NCBI GenBank assembly: GCA_965228855.1
Contig: CBDDIJ010000002.1
Span: 2,112,001-2,176,000 of the forward strand
Origin: Candidatus Obscuribacterales bacterium
Lineage (GTDB): Bacteria; Cyanobacteriota; Vampirovibrionia; Obscuribacterales; Obscuribacteraceae
DNA: 64,000 nucleotides
Reading direction: 5' to 3'
Part shown: one piece after another, positions 56,993-64,000 of the stretch
Position numbering within the stretch: the first letter of the stretch is position 1
How the letters are laid out: the number at the start of each line of letters is the position of its first letter
Translations under genes and position numbers: made by a program
Notes under the pieces: generated by a model
Databases searched by the model: none
What the model saw: the letters and a program-made list of their open reading frames with translations, nothing else
Told to the model about the DNA's origin: nothing

Positions 56993-57778
56993 TTAAGGCT
57001 GTCCTGAACTGAGACTGGGTCCGCCCTGACGCATGATCATGGGCATAGCCGAGTCCGGTACGATGTTTACTCCGTGAATTTTGGTGTCCGCCGCTTGCGC
57101 CACCATTACGGCGTTCGCCGGTCCTGTTGATGAGGCTGCCGCGCCGGACGAAACTGTTTCCGCCAGTTCGAGGTCGCTCATATCGGGCTTGGACCACAGG
57201 GCCGCCTCAAAAAACAGGTATTGACCGATTAAATCCCCTTCGATAGGCGTTTCGATATATAGTTCGGCAACGCCGGATTCCGGTATCTTGGCGATAGATA
57301 CGACTTTCCTGTCGGGACCCAGTCTGATGCTGTGTCCGACAATGGGCTTGGCGCCTTTGTCTTTGTCGGCCATCGCAATGGCGACCCACATACCGGGCTT
57401 GCCTTTGACCGTGAAACGAGCGGGCGCCCCCAATAGCATTCTCTCGGGCATAAACAGCCGGGCGCCGATCAAACGGTCCTTGAGACTGAGCTTGCCGAAC
57501 GCCGAGGGCGGTCTCTGGGCGATGCTCTTCGGCGAAGAGTTTAAACTGATGCTGCCTAATTCAGACTCTGCTTCCGTGGCTGAGGAATCTTCTTCTTCAC
57601 TCCCAGCCATGCTGAAGGGGTTGGGGGTGGTCTTGATCATATTTGGCGGTCCATAGTCGCATTCCTCGACGGTCCATCCCGGCATCGCGGTAAGCAGCAT
57701 TGAAAGCGCCGCCAATGCCGTGCCCAGATATGTTTTTCCGGGGAGTCTTGTCAATGGATGGGAGCTGTTCTGGATCAC
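56993..57778 (-). CDS. Secreted hypothetical protein
   Basis: Signal peptide; first gene of a three-gene minus-strand run. Confidence 0.7.
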   Translation of the reverse strand: MIQNSSHPLTRLPGKTYLGTALAALSMLLTAMPGWTVEECDYGPPNMIKTTPNPFSMAGSEEEDSSATEAESELGSISLNSSPKSIAQRPPSAFGKLSLKDRLIGARLFMPERMLLGAPARFTVKGKPGMWVAIAMADKDKGAKPIVGHSIRLGPDRKVVSIAKIPESGVAELYIETPIEGDLIGQYLFFEAALWSKPDMSDLELAETVSSGAAASSTGPANAVMVAQAADTKIHGVNIVPDSAMPMIMRQGGPSLSSGQP

Positions 57779-57873
57779 TGTCTGCCTCGTACACGTTCTG
57801 GGACTCAGGAGACCCGTGAGTGTATGCTAAAAGATAGGCTCAATACTACCACCAGCAATACCTACTTGAAACT

Positions 57874-58179
57874 TTGAAGTCCAGCGGCGACAAACCGAAA
57901 ACATCATCCGTGCCACACGAGTGGCAGGGGGATCCGCTTGTAACGACGGAAAAAATCTTCTCATGGGCAAAGGAGCAAATCCCTCTTGTTGATTGTTTTC
58001 TCGTTGCTATGAGCGTTCACGTCATTCTGCTTCCGATCATGTGGATTGCCGGTTGGGCTTTACCGTGGCCGAAACCACCCGTTATCACGACAATTATCGA
58101 GTATGACTTGCGCAACTGGCCAAAAGTTGCCAAGCCCAAGGATGTTGTTCAAATTGTCGATCCTGATTTAAACCCGTAA
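57874..58179 (+). CDS. Small membrane protein
   Basis: TM helix containing SVHVILL (TonB-anchor-like) followed by a Pro-rich segment. Confidence 0.55.
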   Translation: MKSSGDKPKTSSVPHEWQGDPLVTTEKIFSWAKEQIPLVDCFLVAMSVHVILLPIMWIAGWALPWPKPPVITTIIEYDLRNWPKVAKPKDVVQIVDPDLNP

Positions 58180-58521
58180 TCAGGTCGAAACCCGAACGCG
58201 GGTTTGTGTATATACGATCGCTATCGAGCGGTTTAAGCAAAATTTTTGCCTTCTGAATTGAACTTTTTTGCGCTTTAGTACGTATATCTGTATAGGTGGG
58301 TCTCGGCTCTACTTGATCGCTCTTGTGTATACAAGAACGATCGCTTTTGTATGTCCGCAAGAGTGGCTCTGGTAGCCATTCTTCAGAATACCTGTTCTAG
58401 TAAGCTTGTTATATAAGCAAGCTTTGTTTTGCCCCTATATCTATGTGAGTGGTGCTCGAATATACGAGCGATCGAATCGCGATTTGCACCTGACCAAGCG
58501 TTTCTCCGGAGGCACGTACTG

Positions 58522-61245
58522 ATGTCTAATCCATCAGCAAGCGACATTCTCAATATGAACATCCGCGCGTTGCCGGATTCGAAGGTTTGGATTTTTCCGG
58601 ACCAGCCGGAGGTGCCGAAGGACTTGATCGATGTCGCGCTCGGCTCGCCGGTGATTGCGGCGTTATTGATGAGGCGGGGCATGAAAACAGCCGAGCATGC
58701 CCGTCAATTTCTTGACGAGTCGAGTTACGTGCCGACGCCCCCGTCTGAACTTCCCGATGTCGACAAAGCGGTGGCGCGCATTCGCAAAGCTATCGACGAG
58801 AAACAACACATCACTATATATGGTGACTACGACGTTGACGGAGTTACAGGAACATCAGTTCTTCTGACAGTTCTGAAAGAGCTGGGCGCTGACGTCGATT
58901 ACTACATTCCAAATCGAGTAAGCGAGGGCTATGGACTCAATCTGAAGGCAATTAGCATTCTTGCCAGCAAAAAGAAGACACGACTGATTATCACCTGTGA
59001 CTGTGGTGTATCGAATTTCGCGGAAATCGGCTTTGCTCGCTCACTCTCTGTCGATACTCTTGTTCTTGACCATCACACGATGCCGGAAGTTCTGCCACCA
59101 GCGGTGGCGGTGGTGCATCCCAAGTTGTTGAATGAAGAGCATCCGCTGTATCATCTGCCGGGTGTCGGGGTTGCTTACAAAGTTTGCGAAGCTTTGTTGA
59201 ATCAGATGGGTAAGCCGGAAAAGGCTGATGAACTCCTCGACTATGTGACCATGGGAATGATTGCGGATTTGGTTCCACTCATAAGAGAGAATCGTTATCT
59301 GGTCAAAATTGGTTTGGAAAAGTTGGTAAAAACCAATCGCATCGGCTTAAAAGCATTGTTGGCTCAGGTCAATGGTCAAAGCGATACGGATCTTGTGGGC
59401 TTTGGTATGGCTCCTCGCATCAACGCTGCAGGCAGACTGTCCGATGCCAGTAAGGCTGTGGAACTGCTCACCACTGACGATACCAGTGTTGCTGAAAACA
59501 TCGCGCATGAGTTGCATACCGAAAATCTTCGCCGCCAGGAGATGTGCGAGCAGATTTTCATGCAAGCCGACCTGCGTGTTCAGAAACAGCTCCAGGGCAA
59601 TGGCTGGCATGACCAGAAGTGCATCGCAATCTACGATCGCGATTGGCATCATGGGGTTGTCGGAATTGTCGCTTCGAGGCTGGTGGAAAAATATCACCGT
59701 CCTGTCTTCATCGGACAGCATGACATAGAGGAAAATGTCGTACGGGGTTCCGCACGCGGAGTCGAGCAAATAGACCTTTATCAGGTGCTCAAGGCCAATG
59801 AGCATTTGCTGAACCGTTGGGGTGGTCACAAGATGGCCGCAGGCTTCTCTGTAGAGTTCGGCAAAGCTGAAGAACTTTGTCGAGCGCTGATTTCAACTTG
59901 TAATCGCATGATGAGCGAGCAGCCTCTAGCTGGAATCGTTGAGGTAGACCTGCATGTAGAGCAGACTTCCGTCGATCTGGACCTCGCCAAGCAATTGAGA
60001 GTACTTGCTCCGTTCGGAATGTCGAACCGCAAGCCGCGCTTTTGCATGAAAGGTCTGATGACGCATGAAGTCCGGACGCTCGGCAAAGAAGGTAAACATC
60101 ACAAGCTGATGTTGAAAGGCGAAAAGGGCGAGCTTTTCGAGTGTGTTATGTGGAACAGTCAGGGGCGCGTGCCTAACGAGGGACGCCCGGTCGACCTTGT
60201 TTTCACGGCTGACGTCAATACGTTTAACGGTCGTGAACGTCTGCAGTTAGTGGTTAATGACTGGCGCGATCTGCATGTCGGAGACGAAGTGACCAGCTAT
60301 GAGCAAGTCAAGGACGCCTTAAATGCGGCACTGGCTAAGCAGAACGCAGCTAATCTCAGTGATACTACTGGTGGTGCGGCGGTTGCCGCGCCGGTCGCGT
60401 CGACGCCTGTTGTGGATGCCGGAAGCGTAAGTCCGGCTGCTGTCCTCGATAGCATGGCGAAGGCGGTGGAGAATATCACAAAGCCTATGCGCGACTCCCT
60501 GACTACGCACGTTTCCTCGGTGAAGTTCAGCTGGAGTGATTTGCGCGCTAACGAACAAGCGCTAGATCTGTTGAAACGAGGCAAAGCAAAATTCGGACCG
60601 CAGATGATGGTATTCGGCGAGACCTGCGCGGCAATGCCCGGCGTTCTTGTAGACCGTACGGCTGTGACGAAGGCTCCTCATTTGATGATCTGGCAGTTTC
60701 CGCCGACGCAAGAGGTTTTTCAACAGCTGCTGCAGTCGTCCGGATGTGAAAAGCTGTACTTCATAGGCGCCGGTTCGACCGAGACCGATGAGCCTGCGGC
60801 TTATCTAAAACGCCTTTACGGGCTGGTTCGCTATGCCGTCAATCAGAAAGAAGGAAAAGTCGAGGCGGACAAGCTCGCGGCCCTGATGGGTGGTACGAAA
60901 ATGACACTCGCTCTCGCGCTTGGCGTGCTCAAAGGCGTACACCTGATAGATTGGTTTACAGAAGAGGGAGTCATTCATCTCGACTATCTCGGGCATACCG
61001 AAGGCGCCTTCGAAGAGACGCCCGAGTATCAGCAGTTGGCTCAAAACCTCGACGAGATTAAGGCTTTCCGGCGTTGGTGTGCGGAAACACCTTTGAAGGA
61101 GATACAATTGTCGCTTATCCGTAATAGCGTCCCCATGACTCGGGAGACCGACGAGGAGCCATTGGGCTCTGAGGAAGGAATAGACGACGATTATGACAAC
61201 TCAGATGGACAGACAACCGAAAACGGAATTGGAACTTCCTCTTAG
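58522..61245 (+). CDS. recJ: Single-stranded DNA exonuclease RecJ with C-terminal extension
   Basis: YGDYDVDG, EGYGLN, TCDCG, LDHH, PRINAAGR, GGHKMAAG; GGAGG RBS. Confidence 0.96.
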   Translation: MSNPSASDILNMNIRALPDSKVWIFPDQPEVPKDLIDVALGSPVIAALLMRRGMKTAEHARQFLDESSYVPTPPSELPDVDKAVARIRKAIDEKQHITIYGDYDVDGVTGTSVLLTVLKELGADVDYYIPNRVSEGYGLNLKAISILASKKKTRLIITCDCGVSNFAEIGFARSLSVDTLVLDHHTMPEVLPPAVAVVHPKLLNEEHPLYHLPGVGVAYKVCEALLNQMGKPEKADELLDYVTMGMIADLVPLIRENRYLVKIGLEKLVKTNRIGLKALLAQVNGQSDTDLVGFGMAPRINAAGRLSDASKAVELLTTDDTSVAENIAHELHTENLRRQEMCEQIFMQADLRVQKQLQGNGWHDQKCIAIYDRDWHHGVVGIVASRLVEKYHRPVFIGQHDIEENVVRGSARGVEQIDLYQVLKANEHLLNRWGGHKMAAGFSVEFGKAEELCRALISTCNRMMSEQPLAGIVEVDLHVEQTSVDLDLAKQLRVLAPFGMSNRKPRFCMKGLMTHEVRTLGKEGKHHKLMLKGEKGELFECVMWNSQGRVPNEGRPVDLVFTADVNTFNGRERLQLVVNDWRDLHVGDEVTSYEQVKDALNAALAKQNAANLSDTTGGAAVAAPVASTPVVDAGSVSPAAVLDSMAKAVENITKPMRDSLTTHVSSVKFSWSDLRANEQALDLLKRGKAKFGPQMMVFGETCAAMPGVLVDRTAVTKAPHLMIWQFPPTQEVFQQLLQSSGCEKLYFIGAGSTETDEPAAYLKRLYGLVRYAVNQKEGKVEADKLAALMGGTKMTLALALGVLKGVHLIDWFTEEGVIHLDYLGHTEGAFEETPEYQQLAQNLDEIKAFRRWCAETPLKEIQLSLIRNSVPMTRETDEEPLGSEEGIDDDYDNSDGQTTENGIGTSS

Positions 61246-61777
61246 CAAAGAGAAAGAAGATTGGCTTAAGAGCACGATTCGCGACATTCCCGATTTTCCG
61301 AAACCAGGAATTATCTTTAAAGACGTCACGACGTTGATGAAACACGGCGAAGCTTTCCACTTCACCCTACATGCGCTCGCTCAGCGTGTTGCTAAGCTCA
61401 ATGCCGATGTGCTCGTTGGTATTGAAGCGCGTGGTTTCATGCTGGCTCCAGCAATCGCGGACATTCTCGGAAAAGGTTTTGTGCCGATTAGAAAACCAGG
61501 CAAGCTGCCTTATAAGGTAGAGCGTGTTGATTATGCTCTGGAATATGGAACTGACACAATCGAGATTCACATTGATGCGATTGAGAAAGGACAGCGCGTC
61601 GTGCTTATCGACGACCTTCTAGCTACCGGCGGCACCGCGCAAGCGGCGGAGAAACTGATTGAGAAAGTCGGTGGTGAGCTCGTTGGTGTTGGTTTCGTGA
61701 TTGAACTCGGGTTTCTCGACGGTCGTTCGAAGCTGTCGAAGAGCGCCGATATATTCTCGTTGATCAACTACACCTAG
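61193..61777 (+). CDS. apt: Adenine phosphoribosyltransferase
   Basis: DFPKPGIIFKD, IEARGF, RKPGKLP, IDDLLATGGT. Confidence 0.97.
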   Translation: MTTQMDRQPKTELELPLSKEKEDWLKSTIRDIPDFPKPGIIFKDVTTLMKHGEAFHFTLHALAQRVAKLNADVLVGIEARGFMLAPAIADILGKGFVPIRKPGKLPYKVERVDYALEYGTDTIEIHIDAIEKGQRVVLIDDLLATGGTAQAAEKLIEKVGGELVGVGFVIELGFLDGRSKLSKSADIFSLINYT

Positions 61778-61830
61778 AGGTCGGTTTCGGTCCAAGCGAT
61801 CCGACGTAAATCCTTTTCTGGAACTGTCGC

Positions 61831-62258
61831 AAGATTTTCCGACGAAAATCTTTAGGCCGAACAGGTTCGGAAGATTTTCCGCTGAAAATCTTTAAGCCGA
61901 AATGGTCAGAAGATTTTCCGACGAAAATCTTTAAGCCGAACGGGTTCGGAAGATTTTCCGCTGAAAATCTTTAAGCCGAACTGGTCAGAAAGATTTTCCG
62001 CTGAAAATCTTTAAGCCGAACTGGTCAGAAAGATTTTCCGACGAAAGTCTTTAAGCCGAACTGGTCCGCAAGAATTTCCGACGAAAATCTTTAAGCCGAA
62101 CTGGTCCGCAAGAATTTCCGCTGAAAATCTTTAAGCCGAACTGGTCCGAAAGATTTTCCGCTGAAAATCTTTAAGCCGAACTGCCAGAAGATTTTCCGAC
62201 GAAAATCTTTAAGCCCTTACTGCTCCCAAAGAATTTCCTCTGAAAATCTTTAACCGCC
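61831..62258. repeat. Non-coding tandem array of 11 palindromic ~40-bp units
   Basis: Consensus AAGATTTTC-CGAC/CGCT-GAAAATCTT-TAAGCCGAACTGGTCMGA; unit starts at 61831, 61871, 61910, 61950, 61990, 62030, 62070, 62110, 62150, 62188 and 62229. Confidence 0.97.
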
Positions 62259-62260
62259 CA

Positions 62261-63358
62261 CTAAGGACTCGAATAGCTACTCGTAGTCATAGTCGGCGCT
62301 TCGTACCTGAAGATTAACTGAGATGGGTTGGCACCGTGATCGTGGCTTTCGTCCTTGCAGTCCTCGTCACAGCCAACGGGGCGAGCAAGTGCGAAATCGT
62401 GGTCATCATCGCAGTTTAGTTGCGTGCAGAAAAACCTGTGATCTTCATCTTTGCACTTGAGCGCGTCTTTGCATCCGTCGTTGCATTTATGCTTGTCCTT
62501 GCAATCTTTATGCTCGGCGCATTTGTGACCACACTTCGAGAATTGGCACCAGTTGTGCCGGGAATACGTGTTTATTGCTGCAAACTGTCTACCGAGCACG
62601 TCCGAGGGAGCTACCTCAAAGCCCTGGTAGTCAGCTAGCCAGGGGTAGAACTGCTGAATAGCTGGTTGGTTCGAAGCGTTGACTTCCTTAAGAAGGTGCG
62701 GAATCGAGACGATTTCCGAGTGCTGGCAAATACGCCCTTCATTGCAAGACTGTTGGTTCGCTAACTCTTCGGCGCGAAGATACATACGTTCCGCTTTGTC
62801 GTGACGACCCATTCGGTCGTACAAGCAGGCGAGAATCGTGTAGCTTGACGGCAATTTACGGTCGTAGAGTCTGTTTTCCAGACTGGTTGCTGTTTTGTAG
62901 TATGACTCAGCCGAGCGCCAGTTACGCTCTGCCTCTTTCCTTTCGGCTGCTGCCAGTAGTCGAGGATGAGTATTCAAAACGAAGCTCACCATACGGTCAC
63001 GGGAAAAGGAGGCTTTCTCAAACTTCGCAATGGGATTGAAAAACTTGTTCAGGCAGCGCCATTCGCCTGCGTGCTCCATGCAAGCGGTGTAGAGCCCGAA
63101 ATAAATCATGGCTGGAAGCGGCAGAAGAAGCGCCAAACGCCTGATGCACCTGGCTTTGCGTAGAGGGAAGACCTCCTGCGATACAGCGAACCCGTTCGGT
63201 TTCACAAGTGAAACCAGCGCCAGAAGTCCATAGAAGCCCGCCGCGATCAAGCTGAGTATTGGAACTGCTCGCATGTGGGGGTTGTCCCGCAGCATCCAGG
63301 CGAACGCAAGCAGCGCCCCGATGAAGTACAGTGCGTTGAATAATTTCCGCGTGCCCAT
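62261..63358 (-). CDS. Membrane protein with TPR-like segment and Cys/His-rich C-terminus
   Basis: Three N-terminal TM helices; LACLYDRMGRHDKAERMYLRA; Cys/His/Asp/Lys-rich tail; GGAGGGG RBS. Confidence 0.72.
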   Translation of the reverse strand: MGTRKLFNALYFIGALLAFAWMLRDNPHMRAVPILSLIAAGFYGLLALVSLVKPNGFAVSQEVFPLRKARCIRRLALLLPLPAMIYFGLYTACMEHAGEWRCLNKFFNPIAKFEKASFSRDRMVSFVLNTHPRLLAAAERKEAERNWRSAESYYKTATSLENRLYDRKLPSSYTILACLYDRMGRHDKAERMYLRAEELANQQSCNEGRICQHSEIVSIPHLLKEVNASNQPAIQQFYPWLADYQGFEVAPSDVLGRQFAAINTYSRHNWCQFSKCGHKCAEHKDCKDKHKCNDGCKDALKCKDEDHRFFCTQLNCDDDHDFALARPVGCDEDCKDESHDHGANPSQLIFRYEAPTMTTSSYSSP

Positions 63359-63652
63359 GCCGCGCCCCTCCGAAAGCTTTTAGGGATCATACCCAGGTAT
63401 CTCCGGCAGATATCTAAAAGGCAGGCATTCTAATAAAACCCTGTTCGGCGGTAGCCGCCGTTTTCAAAATCGCTGCCTCCTAATTGTTTGATGCCATCTG
63501 TAGAAGAACTCGCGGTTCTCTTACAGCCAGGTGTAAGAAAACCGCATTTTCTTTATCCCCCTGCGACTTTCTGTAAACGGTGTTCGTTTAACAGGCGCTG
63601 GCCAGAGGCATTAATAATGTATCTGCTCTCATCGCGGATTGAGGAGATAGGC

Positions 63653-64000
63653 ATGGAACTAGACGCAGTCACCTATCCGGGAACCTTTTCAATCAGTAAA
63701 CGGCCCACGCTCAAGCAGCGGTTGCGCGAATCGCGCCCGTTGGTGGTTTTCTTTGCCGCATTTTTTATAGTAGGGTTTGCGCTACCTTCGATGACATCGT
63801 TTTTCGCTATGCCGCTCTGGCTCCTGACCGGCAATTTTTTTGCGTATACGCTCGCCATGTTTGCGATTGGCGTGGTTCTCACGGTCGGAGTAATTTTTAC
63901 TGTAAGGGCTATTTCACGGCGTACTTTCGGTTCAGAGGCTAAACGAATAGAGGCGCTTGAGCAGCGCCTGTCTACAGGCTCGCCCGACGTGCTCGCCGAT
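63653..64000 (+). CDS. Membrane protein, truncated at the window end (absent from the ORF track)
   Basis: GAGGAG RBS; ATG at 63653 (MELDAVTYPG...) and frame open to base 64000; two TM helices. Confidence 0.65.
   Translation, partial: MELDAVTYPGTFSISKRPTLKQRLRESRPLVVFFAAFFIVGFALPSMTSFFAMPLWLLTGNFFAYTLAMFAIGVVLTVGVIFTVRAISRRTFGSEAKRIEALEQRLSTGSPDVLAD

Noticed and set aside
61831..62258. CRISPR or TIGR-type guide array
   Set aside because: Variable segments are only ~8-10 nt and nearly identical between units, so there are no unique spacers. No cas or Nop-domain gene was recognised in the window.
61831..62258. Type III toxin-antitoxin RNA repeats
   Set aside because: Both flanking genes point into the array; there is no co-oriented downstream toxin gene.
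86..63882. Numerous alternative-frame and antisense ORFs in the track (e.g. 7549-8313, 51441-52193, 28151-28672, 63673-63882)
   Set aside because: They overlap well-supported genes or the tRNA and show no recognisable motifs; treated as shadow ORFs.

Overview
A gene-dense, mostly chromosomal-core bacterial window of moderate GC. Housekeeping genes include rlmN, secA-tsaB-rimI, bioY, glmU, coaX, hup, recJ-apt and tRNA-Ala(GGC). Interleaved are signalling genes (PAS histidine kinase/OmpR pair, DICT-GAF-GGDEF-HD-GYP protein, Ser/Thr kinase, PucR-type regulator) and many secreted enzymes (caspase-like, matrixin, trypsin-like, amidase, class B phosphatase). The mix of cyanobacteria-like core genes, no photosynthesis genes and these expanded families suggests Melainabacteria/Vampirovibrionia (Obscuribacterales-like); this is inference, not a database result. 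No transposase, integrase, cas gene or rRNA was recognised. The most unusual elements are: (i) an 11-unit, ~40-bp non-coding palindromic tandem array between convergent genes (61831-62258); (ii) two tandem proteins with annexin-like repeats fused to HD-like or papain-like enzyme domains, sharing an N-terminal LPxLxI motif (34147-39574); (iii) an animal-type ankyrin glutaminase; (iv) a candidate ~180-nt structured RNA upstream of glmU; (v) a SecA with a large NBD2 insertion and no zinc-binding tail.
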